Assembly: GCA_965603825.1 (NCBI GenBank)
Contig: CBFDEM010000034.1
Location: forward strand, 124,001-188,000
Source: Blepharisma stoltei ATCC 30299
Lineage: Eukaryota > Protista > Ciliophora
Length of the DNA: 64,000 nt
Direction of reading: 5' to 3'
Program-made: the position numbers and the translations under genes
In this document: one piece after another, positions 36,101 through 46,915 of the stretch
Numbering within the stretch: position 1 is the first letter of the stretch
Layout of the letters: every line of letters begins with the position of its first letter
Notes under the pieces: model-generated
The model's input: only the letters and a program-made list of their open reading frames with translations
The model's database searches: none
What the model was told of the DNA's origin: nothing

Positions 36101-39100
36101 TCGGAAAGGTGGCCACTTATGATCGATCCACAAGAACAAGCAAACCGATGGATCCGAAAAATGGAAGAATCCAAAGGCTTAAAAATCATTAAACAAACTG
36201 ACAAAGATTTTGAAAGAAATTTGAAAACTTGTTTAAGGGAAGGGCTTCCAGTCTTAATTGAAGATATAGGAGAAACGCTTAATCCTTTGTTAGACCCTGT
36301 TTTAAATAAGCATTTAGTTGAGCAATCTCCAGGACGATTTACCTTAAGAATGGGAGAAGCTGATATTGACTATGATCTTAATTTCAAGCTGTATATCATT
36401 ACTAAGCTTTCAAACCCTCATTATCTTCCTGAAATCAGCATTAGAGTTAGTTTAATCAATTTTACTGTCACAATGCAGGGGTTAGAAGAGCAACTTTTAG
36501 GAGATGTCGTTAGGAAAGAAGAGCCGAAAATTGAGATTGAACAAAATAAACTGATAAAAGATATAGGAGATGGCCAAAGAGAACTTAAAAATTTCGAGCA
36601 GCTGATTTTGCAGTCACTGTCTGCAACTGAAGGGAATATCCTTGATGATGCCAAGCTAATAGCAAGACTTGATACAGCCAAAAAATCGTCAGATTTGATA
36701 AATAAAAGAATGATAACGGCGGAAAACACAAAAAAGGAAAATGAAGCTGCAAGAGCCAAATATCAAAAAGTTGCTAGAAGAGGGTCCATTTTATATTTTG
36801 TAATTGCTGATCTCGCAAATATTGATCCAATGTACCAGTACTCATTAAGCTACTTTTCTAAATTCTTTAACGCAATCATTGACCAAGCACCAGCTTCCGC
36901 AGATCCTCAGGCTAGGATTGAAATCTTGATAACTGCAATTACTGAGGTGATCTATTCTAATATTTGTAGAGGGCTATTTAATGCCCACAAGCTTATTTTT
37001 AGCTTTTTATTGGCAGCACAGATACAAAGGGATGCAGGACTTATCAAAGAAGCAGAGTGGGCAATTCTTTTAAGAGGAGTCACTATGCTTCCTGCAGATT
37101 TCAGGAGAAGTGCAAGACCTGATATAGCAGGAATTACAGAAAAATCATGGAATTTCGTGATTTTCCTACAAAATATAAGTGAGCCTTTCATGAATCCCCC
37201 TATAGGCAAAGAAATGCTAAACAATAAAAAAGAATGGCAAACTTGGATTAACTCCAAAGATCCACATAAAGAGCCACTTCCAGGAACTTACAATAATCTT
37301 TCAATCTTCCAAAAAATGCTTCTAATAAAAGCTTTCAGGGATGAAAAAATTATTTATATGGTTTCAGATTTTATTAACGAAGTCCTAGGACCCAAATTTG
37401 TGCAGGTCGCCCCAACATCAATGGAAGAAGTTTATGCTGAAACGACAAAAAGGACACCAATTATTTTTATTTTAAGCCAAGGCGCTGATCCTATGTCAAT
37501 GATAACCAGACTGGCACGTGACAGAAAATTCCTTGACAGAATTGACCCAATTTCGCTTGGTAAGGGCCAAGATGAAAAAGCTAAAAAAGCTATTGAAAAA
37601 GGCTTAAGAGAAGGAAAGTGGGTGATTTTACAAAACTGCCACCTCGCAAAATCATGGATGCCTGACTTGGAAAAACAAATAGAAAACTTTGATGACCCAA
37701 AGTCCGCAATTCATGAAGAATTCAGAATCTTTTTGACATCAATGCCTTGCAATTATTTCCCAATACCGGTTTTACAGAATGGGGTAAAGGTTACAATTGA
37801 GCCTCCTAAAGGAATCAAGTCAAATCTCCTGCGATCAATGGCTCTGATGACTGATGAAAAATTATCTGAGTCTTCAAAGCCTGAAATATGGCAGAAATTA
37901 ATATTTTCCTTATGTTTATTCCATGCAGTCATACAAGAGCGTCGAAAATTCGGTCCCCTAGGCTGGAATATTCGCTATGAATTTAACGAAAGTGACTTAG
38001 AAACTTCTATAAGAGTTATTGAAAACTTTTTAAATGAACAAGAAATAGTTCCATGGGAAGCCATCAAATTCGTCACAGGAGAAATTAATTATGGAGGCAG
38101 GGTCACCGATGATTTAGATAGAAGATGCCTAATGAGCACTCTCTCCTATTTCATGAAGCCAGAAATATTAGACGATGCCTTTAAATTTTCTGAAAGCGGG
38201 ATATACGCAATGCCTTCTGAAACTTCAATTCAGGCTTATAAAGATTTTGTCATGAATTTACCGAATACAGATGAGCCTGAGATCTTTGGAATGCATGAAA
38301 ACGCAAATATTACTTTTCAGCAGCAAGAAAGTGCAAGTGTATTAAATGCAGCTTTATTGATTCAGCCCAAAGAAAAAGGAAAATCTTCAATGGGAAAAAC
38401 TCCAGATGAAATGATTGATGAGCTCGCAGCCAAGTTTTTAGAAGAATTGCCAAAGGTGTTGATGAAATCTGAAGCAGGGAGTCATACTTTTGTGGTAGAA
38501 AATGGGCTTATGGAAGCTATGGCAACTTTTCTAGGCCAAGAAATGGAGAGATTTAATAGACTTTTGGTTAGATGCAAAACAAGCTTAGAAGACTTGAGAA
38601 AAGCCATACAAGGGCTAGTATTGATGTCTGATGACTTGGATAAAATGTACAATGCAATGAATAATAACTCTATCCCTGAGCTCTGGAATCGTGTAGCTTA
38701 TCCTTCTCTTAAGCCTCTCGCATCATGGTTTAGCGACTTAAAAGAAAGGGTTTCTTTTATTCGCAGATGGCTTATTCATGGAAAACCTGAGTCTTATTGG
38801 CTAAGCTCGTTCTTTTTCCCACAAGGTTTCTTGACATCAGTTATGCAGAGCCACTCTAGGAAATTCCGAGTCCCAATTGATAATTTGATTTTTACTTTTG
38901 AAATGCAGTCGTTTACAGAAATTGAAAGAATTGAAGAAAAAATAGAGGATGGGGTATATGTGCATGGTTTATATATGGAAGGATGCAGATGGGAAGCTGA
39001 AACTAATGTCCTTGAAGACTCCAAGCCTGGAGTTATGTGGACTCTGGCACCTTTGATTTCATTTATTCCGAGTGAAGTGCAAGATAATGTGGATGAAGAG

Positions 39101-39268
39101 GAAGAGTATTATTTGATGCCTGTATATAAAACGTCAGTAAGGGCTGGACAGCTATCTACAACTGGGCATTCAACGAATTATATAATTTCAATAGACGTTC
39201 CAACTCATAAAAAACCTCAACATTGGATTCAGAGAGGTGCAGCATTTTTGTGCCAGCTGAATGATTAA
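27152..39268 (+). CDS. Axonemal inner-arm dynein heavy chain, DNAH6-like (about 4038 aa, no frame-breaking intron); 8 TGA=Trp
   Basis: All fragments share one frame; P-loops GPAGTGKT, GPATAGKT, GYTGVGKS, GVGGCGKQ; FPRFFFLSNDEL; HWIQRGAA; TGA at 27896, 29657, 30236, 30371, 30872, 32597, 32642, 33908. Confidence 0.96.
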
Positions 39269-39390
39269 AACTATTAAATAATAATTTTAGTTGCAATAAG
39301 CTTTATCTTCAAAAGTAATAGCTATTTTAACAATAAAAAAATTAAGGATTAAAATTATAATATTAATAGTTTTTTATAAATAGTAACTTA

Positions 39391-40824
39391 ATGGCAGTTC
39401 AAGGAATAAAACCATACCAAAGGCCAAATGACTGGGCAGCACTTGTAGAAGCCCAATCAAAGGCTAACCTCATGCAGGAAAGAGCTGATGCTGAGCTCGC
39501 AAGTCTAAATAAAAAATTACTCCGCGAAGAGCTCGACAAGCAGTTACAAGAAAAACAACAGCAGCGTCTAGAAGACCAAATGCTCAGAGATATCGAAGCA
39601 AACGTAATGCTTCAAAAAGGCAAAGCCATAAAAGACTACGACCAAAGAGCAAAGCAAGAATACAGATACATGCAACAGCAGCTTGGCCAAGAGTACCAAG
39701 ACATGTCCAGTTATAAAGCTCAATTGAGAGCCCAAATGAACCAACAAGAAAAATCATCCGACAAATCATGGCTCAATTCAATAAGTAATCAAATGGAGCT
39801 CGACAACAGAACGAAAAAGCAGCTAAAAGAAGAAAAAATCAAGACAGAATTAGAAGTCCTAAGGCTTAAAGAGTGGCAAAAAGAAACCGAACGTAAACAA
39901 AGGGAAAATGAAAAACTAAGAGATCAAGAATTAATAAGGCAAAACATAGAAAAAGTCAACCTAAGAGACCAAAATCTGGCTGATTTTAATAGAAACTTAG
40001 ATGAGATCAGAAAAAATAAAACTGTCGTATATGAGCCAGTTGCCAGGTTTAATCTCGAAAAAGAAATTAAAAAAGTCGAAATAGTGAATCAGTGGGAAAA
40101 TGATGCGAGAAGAAGGGCTGAAGAAAAGGCTAATCAAGAACGAGAAAAAAAGATGGCCAGTAAGCAAGATACAATACAAACACTCGAAATGCAGCTACAA
40201 GAAAAAAATGCTAAAAGAGAGATGGAAAGGATGCAGTTTGAAAGGGAAAAACAAAATATGCAAAAACAAGTAGAAAGTACAAGGAACTATGAAGTTCAAA
40301 TGAAAGCGTTGAGAGCAAGGGAAAAAGAAGAGTATAAGCAAGTTCTTGAAGATCAATCCCAAAACAGGATGATGCAACAATATAACGAATTGAAGATGGA
40401 TGAAAAAGAAAAACAAATCTTTTCACCAATTCTGGCGTCAAAAGATGATATTGCTTTTAAAGCTGTCCCAGGAATTCATCCGAGGGAATCACCATTGCAA
40501 AAGGCATTTTTGAGAGCTCACAGAAGCTTTTCTCAACTGCCAAATGTAAGCCAGTGCAATTCTCGTGATCCGAGTCCGTCAGGGTTTCAAAGAAACCCTA
40601 GTAACTTTGGAGATGATAAATTATACGGCGGAGGGAGTCCGACAAGTGATATTTTTTCGATTAAAAGAACTAGTAGAAATGAATTCTTTTTTGATCCTCA
40701 AAAGCATGATCCAATTGTGAACCCACTTGGGGCAAGCATTCCAAGGCCAAACTTCGGGGCAAGTTTTCAAAGAGGAAAAGGACTTTCTTTGCTTCATGTT
40801 GGGTCTTCAATAACCAAAGTTTAA
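39391..40824 (+). CDS. Long charged coiled-coil protein, possibly a ciliary microtubule-associated protein
   Basis: E/K/Q/R-rich helical sequence, NDWAAL N-terminal motif, HDPIVNP C-terminal motif; family not identified. Confidence 0.7.
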   Translation: MAVQGIKPYQRPNDWAALVEAQSKANLMQERADAELASLNKKLLREELDKQLQEKQQQRLEDQMLRDIEANVMLQKGKAIKDYDQRAKQEYRYMQQQLGQEYQDMSSYKAQLRAQMNQQEKSSDKSWLNSISNQMELDNRTKKQLKEEKIKTELEVLRLKEWQKETERKQRENEKLRDQELIRQNIEKVNLRDQNLADFNRNLDEIRKNKTVVYEPVARFNLEKEIKKVEIVNQWENDARRRAEEKANQEREKKMASKQDTIQTLEMQLQEKNAKREMERMQFEREKQNMQKQVESTRNYEVQMKALRAREKEEYKQVLEDQSQNRMMQQYNELKMDEKEKQIFSPILASKDDIAFKAVPGIHPRESPLQKAFLRAHRSFSQLPNVSQCNSRDPSPSGFQRNPSNFGDDKLYGGGSPTSDIFSIKRTSRNEFFFDPQKHDPIVNPLGASIPRPNFGASFQRGKGLSLLHVGSSITKV

Positions 40825-41408
40825 ATAATTACATTATTTATTTTAAAAAATAAATCAAAGTATTATAAAGAATTAAATTATTATTTGCAATTAAATAATT
40901 AAATTATTATAATTAGATCTCATTTAATTTGGATATTTTTAGCCAAAATAAATGGCCAATTAATCTATCTAAATGAGACAACTTTTCAGATTTTATGCCA
41001 GAAGATTTATTATTTATTTTTCTAAGTATTTTTATATGTCCTAATTTTATTTTCAAAAGAGAGGTCCTTCTTAGGCATCAATTCAGCTTGGATTTCTTAT
41101 GGTAAATTTTTTCTTTTTAAAAACTTAAAACTTCAATTACAAATTTATACGAATTTTGGTTCTTAATTTATCTGAATAGCCTTGATTTGTCTTAAAACCT
41201 TTAATTTTTATATAAAACTGAGCTGTTCTAATTAAAAATAAAGAAAAGAAACTTAGCTAGCATTATCCTCCCAATGTAATTTGAAATTATCTACCTTAAA
41301 TTTGCTGTCTCCTTCTCTCGAAATTCAATTTTAACGATGTTTTTGCTCCACACATATCCATTATACTCAAAGTCGAAATAGATCCACATAATTCTTAATA
41401 ATTAATCA

Positions 41409-42704
41409 ATGGCTGATCTCGCATATCAATCTGGATATGGGAACATGTTTGAGACCGAAGCAATTTCAGGCGCTCTCCCTCGTGGTCAATGTGCACCCCA
41501 AGTGTGTCCCTTCAACTTATATGCTGAACAATTAAATGGGACTGCATTTACAGCACCACGTGCCCTAAACCAAAGATCTTGGATGTATAAGCTGAGGCCA
41601 AGCGTATCAGGCCAAACTCCATATCAAAAAATTGAAGCTGGCCAATTTTCCAATGCTTTTTCAACATTTGAAGTTACTCCAAGCCAACTCAGATGGAGAG
41701 AACTTCCATTGCCAGCTGATGGGACCCAAATTGATTTCGTACAAGGAATCAGCACTATGGGCGGCATTGGGGATCCAACTGTAAAAACAGGACTCGCAAT
41801 CTATATGTATAGCTGCAATACCAGCATGGACAACAAAGCTTTTTATAGCGCTGATGGTGATTTTCTAATTGTTCCCCAACTCGGGAGCTTGCTCATTAAG
41901 ACTGAAATGGGCAGACTAAGCATTGAGCCACAAGAGATCGCTGTTATTCCTAGAGGAATAAAATTTGCAGTCTACGTCCAAGGTGACTCGAGAGGGTACA
42001 TCTCAGAAGTCTTCTCAGGACACTTCAAAATCCCAGACCTTGGCCCAATCGGTGCAAATGGCTTGGCAAACCCTAGGGATTTTTACGCTCCAGTTGCGTG
42101 GTACGAAGATATCGATGCCGAGTTTACCGTTGTAGGAAAGTTCGGTGGAGAATTATTCCAATACACCTTACCTCATTCACCTTTTGACGTGGTTGCATGG
42201 CATGGAAATTACACTCCTTATAAGTATGATTTGAGAAATTACAACACAATGAATACAGTTTCTTATGATCATGCTGACCCATGCATTTTTACTGTTTTAA
42301 CTTGCCAAAGTCTTGACCCAGGCACAGCTGTTTTGGACTTTGTAATTTTCCCACCAAGATGGATGGTTGCTGAACACACCTTTAGACCGCCTTATTACCA
42401 TCGTAATACGATGACTGAGTTCATGGGAAACATTGTGGGGACTTATGACGCAAAAACTGATGGATTTGTACCAGGAGGAGCATCGCTTCATAGTTGCATG
42501 TCTGGCCATGGCCCAGAAGCAAAAGTGTTTGAGAAAGGATCAACTTCAAAACTGGAGCCTGTCAGGTACCCTGATAACAACTTGCAGTTTATGTTTGAGA
42601 CTATGTTTATGCTGAGAATCCCAAGCTGGGCGTTAGAAAGAGAAAGACTTGATATCAACTATTTGGAGTGCTGGAAGGGTCTTGAAAAGCACTTTACACC
42701 TTAA
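41409..42704 (+). CDS. HGD: Homogentisate 1,2-dioxygenase
   Basis: LYAEQL.GTAFTAPR, GPIGANGLANPRDF, DHADP.IFTVLT, FRPPYYHRN..EFMG, HG. Confidence 0.97.
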   Translation: MADLAYQSGYGNMFETEAISGALPRGQCAPQVCPFNLYAEQLNGTAFTAPRALNQRSWMYKLRPSVSGQTPYQKIEAGQFSNAFSTFEVTPSQLRWRELPLPADGTQIDFVQGISTMGGIGDPTVKTGLAIYMYSCNTSMDNKAFYSADGDFLIVPQLGSLLIKTEMGRLSIEPQEIAVIPRGIKFAVYVQGDSRGYISEVFSGHFKIPDLGPIGANGLANPRDFYAPVAWYEDIDAEFTVVGKFGGELFQYTLPHSPFDVVAWHGNYTPYKYDLRNYNTMNTVSYDHADPCIFTVLTCQSLDPGTAVLDFVIFPPRWMVAEHTFRPPYYHRNTMTEFMGNIVGTYDAKTDGFVPGGASLHSCMSGHGPEAKVFEKGSTSKLEPVRYPDNNLQFMFETMFMLRIPSWALERERLDINYLECWKGLEKHFTP

Positions 42705-43027
42705 ACAGTAATAATTAAAATCAATATTTCATAATAAAAATATAATTGCTGTTTTATTTATTAAATTTAAGTTTAATTTCTTGATAATTTTAATTTGTTT
42801 TCACTCTACTTAAACTGTATAAATAAATTTAAATTGAGATTTTTGAGCTAATTATCGCTTTTGAATCTCATTACTAATAGTAAGACTTTATCTTTACACA
42901 ATTAGCGCAATAGAACTTTTCTTGATAGTCGATATTTTGCATTTTCTTATTAATTCACGTATTTTATTCAAAGCATTTACCATTTCACTTGCAATTTGTT
43001 AATTCAATTAAACCAGGGATTATATAT

Positions 43028-44587
43028 ATGTCACAGCACGGACCCAAATTAATCGATCTCTTTGAAAAAGCAACCTCTGATGACTTGAAAGAGCCAGACT
43101 ACGGTCTCAATATTGAAATCGCAGACCGAATGAATTCTCGCCGCCGCTAGTAACTTTTACTTAGTTGTTTAGAAGGAATTGAATATTTTAAACAGCTCTT
43201 CAGATCCACCGACCTCAAAACCATTGAACTTACTCTATCTCTGCTCGAAACCTGTGTAAAAAACTGCAATAGCCACTTTCATCGATATCTAAGCAATCGT
43301 GAATTCATTCCTAGTTTCAGTCAGCTTCTCAAAAGGCTCCGAAGAAAGCTCAACTTAGTCGAGAAAATGGCTGGGCTTTACAAAAACCCTGGCTGACGCA
43401 AAATTGAAGACCGCGTTTTATGTTTGATTCAGCTATGGGCTGATACCTTTATGATGCATGAAGACACATATCCCGCATTTATGAAAATCTATAGAGAACT
43501 TCGAAAAGAAGGCTTAAAGTTCCCAACCCGAGATCCTAATGAAAGGTTCATGATAAAATTCGAAGGAGACCCTTCCCCTGCATTTGAACTGGCTGATATG
43601 GAGCAACAAGTTAAAGGATCATCAGAAAGAGACGTCCTACCTCGAAGATCGCCGCCAAGATCAAGAGCTCCTGCCCGAGGCCTTGACGAAGACCCAGAGC
43701 CAAAATTAATGCAAAGCGACATTGATTCGCTGAATAGGAATTTACCTTTACTCGAAGACATGATTGCAAGAGCAAGAGACGTCAGAGATCTTCAAGAGCC
43801 AAGCGTAAAAGAAGTAGTAAGGAACTGTAGGTCAGCCCAGAAAAAATTAATTTGGGTTATCTCATATAAAGCTTCAAATAGCACAGATGAAAGAGACACA
43901 ATTGAGCTATTAGGAATCATGGACTATATCAATTCTAAAATGGATACCTTTAAAAATGCTGTAGGAGTGTTAAAAAGAGGAGGAACAAATAAAGAAGTCG
44001 TTGATATACTAAAAGGAAAAGCAAAAGATGAGGATAATTTATTAGATCTTGGAGAAGATTTCTTGGAAATTCAAGAAAAAAATCCTTTGGATAAGCTAGA
44101 AAAATATGTGTGGGGAAGAAGACCTGAGGAAATAAGACCTGAGCAAAGAAAAGTTGAGGTAAATGTGGAGGCGAGGATACCTCCTCCAGAAATTCCAAGA
44201 ATTGAAGAGCCACCTCAGCATGGAAGAAAACTTGCACCTTTGCCGGATTTATTGCTTGATGAGCCTGAAGACTATACACCTACACCTAGTAGAGATCAAG
44301 GAAATCTGTATGACTTGAACTCTATTTTTGCTCAGCCAGTGCAGCCTCCTCAAGTCCAGCCTTTATATCAGACTCCTGGGTATAACCCTCAGATGCAAGC
44401 TCAGGTACCAATTGGATACCCTCCAAATTATCCTAATCAGCCCATTATGCAACCAGGGTTTAATCCTCAATTAAACCAAGGCTATCCTCCACAGCCTTAT
44501 CCTCAGAATTACGCTCAGCCTGTTTCTGCAGATCAGCAAAGAGATGAATTTGAAGATTTCTTTTCTGAGATAGCTAATCGCCGATAA
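43028..44587 (+). CDS. VHS-domain (TOM1/GGA-like) trafficking adaptor; one 15-nt intron, 1 TGA=Trp
   Basis: EKATSDDLKEPDYGLNIEIAD, LLETCVKNC, LIQLWADTF, YRELRKEGLKFP; Pro/Gln-rich tail ending EFEDFFSEIANRR. Confidence 0.88.
43150..43164 (+). other. 15-nt intron GTAACTTTTACTTAG
   Basis: Removal eliminates in-frame TAG TAA and restores the VHS domain. Confidence 0.9.
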
Positions 44588-44772
44588 TTTAAATAGTTTA
44601 TATATCACTTTTTTCGATTTATTTATTGATTTGTAAGCGTTTAAATTGGTAAATTTATTTTCTAAAATAATTTTAAAAAATTTTAAATTATGCATGCTTT
44701 TAAAGATTAATTGGCTTATTTAATGGCAATAAGCTGATTTCAGTAAAATAATAAAATTCACCTACTTCAGAA

Positions 44773-45561
44773 ATGAGTGACAGAAAAAAGCCAAAACTAT
44801 CGCATGCTTTCACAAATGCAAAAAGTGGCGTGACATGGCTGGTGTGATATAAAGCCTCTGGGAAAATGCTATCTAGGAAAATGAAATATAAATACTCGAA
44901 TAATGAAGATGATGAAATTAATTTTGCAGCATATTCGTGTTGTCCGGAAGGCGTTGCAAAACCGTCCAGAGGTATCAATCCCAAATATATCCATTTTCAA
45001 TGATCGGGAAAGAGCTTAGCAGATCTTGATGAAGATTTTCCAACAAACCTTCCTTTATTTTATCGTCTTACGTATCAAACTCTTAAGTGCATGGCCGAAA
45101 TGCATAGTCGAGGCATTACTCACGGAAATCTAAGTAAAAAGAAGATCTTTTATTATAAGTCGAAATTCAAGATTGCATATTTTGAAAAAGGCTCAAAGAG
45201 TGAATTCCTTGATCCTATTTCATCGATTAGTTCACTACCCCTTATCTCAGATGCAGAACAAAAGAATCTTATCTTGAATAAAAAAATAGATGTAAAAAAT
45301 CTTGGCCTTATACTATTGAAATGCATAAAGCCTAATTTCCCGATTTCAAAGCTGGGAAGTTTAAGTGAAGGAGCTATGGAAAATTTTGTTGAAAGAAAGA
45401 TTCGGAAACTTGATTTACGGATCAGAAATCTTTTTAGGAAAATGCTAACATTTCATGATCACAATAGATGCTCTATGGAAGAAGTATTCCAAGATTGGGA
45501 AACAACTGTAATCGCTGTAGAAGCAAACAAGAGCTTGAATGAGAGAACAGTTTCAAGGTAA
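44773..45561 (+). CDS. Divergent pseudokinase, tandem copy 1; 2 TGA=Trp
   Basis: MHSRGITHGNL, KIAYFE, DVKNLGL, KMLTF..NR; aligns with 45996..46802. Confidence 0.75.
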
Positions 45562-45995
45562 AATTGTATTATCTAATAATAAGCATAAGCAGCGTACAAT
45601 AATAACTATTTAAATGTAAAACTACTTTTAGAAAAAAAGGTGCAAAAATATATTGCAATAAACGCAAACTTTATGCTAGAACCAATCAAAAATTCAATAA
45701 AGAGATTAATTTAATGATTTATTATAAGAAATTACTGATTTTTAAAACTTAAATATTTAGGTTAAATAGTTAGTTTTATCATTATAATTTAAATTATAAT
45801 AATATTCATTTTGCTACATTTAATTATATTTTGCAGCTCATGTAATTAGCAATAACTGAAAAGCGAAATTGATAGATAACTAAAATTTAATAATTTTCAT
45901 TGCATAATTGATATAAGCCCATACTATTAAATGATAAAAATGTTTCTAAACATGAATAATAAAGTATATTCACCTTAAAAGAAAGGTGACACTCA

Positions 45996-46802
45996 ATGCC
46001 GAAAATTAATTATATTATGACAGATGAGCAAAAAGAGAGCAAGAAATGGACAGTTTGGGACTCTTACGATGGAAAAATGATTTCCAGGGAAATGATGCGT
46101 AATGGTATGTATTATGATGACACTATTAATTTTAGGGCACATAGAATTTGCCCAGACCTAGTAATTAAGCCTTTAACTAACTTAGGCAGAAATTTGATTC
46201 ATTTCCAGTGGTGAGGAAGCAATGTAGCAAATTTTTCAGATGAGTTTCAAAATGATATCTATTTATTTCAGTCATTTATGATAGAATCACTTACATGCAT
46301 GAGCTTGCTGCATGAAAGAGGCATCACCCATGGCAATTTAAGCCCAAAAAAAATATTTTCGAGCAACGGCCACATTAAGATCGGATATTTTGAAAGAGGG
46401 ACTGTCTATGGCAATAGGGAGAATTTTTTTAAAGGGTCAGATTATATGATTAGTCCTCAAAAAAAGGCTTGGTATAATGACCATAAAATCCATATCAACT
46501 TCGAAAAAGAAGATGTGTATGCTCTTGGACTCACGTTCTTGACATGTTATTATCCAGATTGCGACATTTTAGGATTGAGTAATTATGATAGTGAAGACTT
46601 AAAACAGTTTGTTGAAAGCAAGACTCGCTTTCTTAACTTTTCAATCCAAACTGTTTTAAGACGAATGCTTACTTATGATCATGTGCAAAGATGGCCTATG
46701 AAAGAAGCACTAAAGTATTTAATTAATAATCCTGTGTGCAATACCACAGTAGTGGCAAATCAGCCAGCAAGTGCTAAAATCAAGCTAATAACTTCTAGAT
46801 AA
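45996..46802 (+). CDS. Divergent pseudokinase, tandem copy 2; 1 TGA=Trp
   Basis: LHERGITHGNLSPKKIF, KIGYFE, SPQ, EDVYALGL, RMLTYD..QRW. Confidence 0.78.
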
Positions 46803-46915
46803 TTTATATAATTTTTAATTCTATTATATTATTAAGCTATTAGGTCTCTCTTCTTTCTGAGGTCTTATACCAAAGTGGCTATTAATGAAATTTTCATCAT
46901 TCATGTGAACAATAA

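Noticed and set aside
34549-39024. Antisense Ser/Phe/Leu-rich ORFs within dynein and other genes
   Set aside because: Typical reverse-complement shadows of Lys/Glu-rich coding sequence; no motifs
27152-39268. Fragmented dynein, MSH6 and PI4K as pseudogenes or sequencing errors
   Set aside because: All breaks are in-frame TGA, many at conserved Trp positions, with no frameshifts
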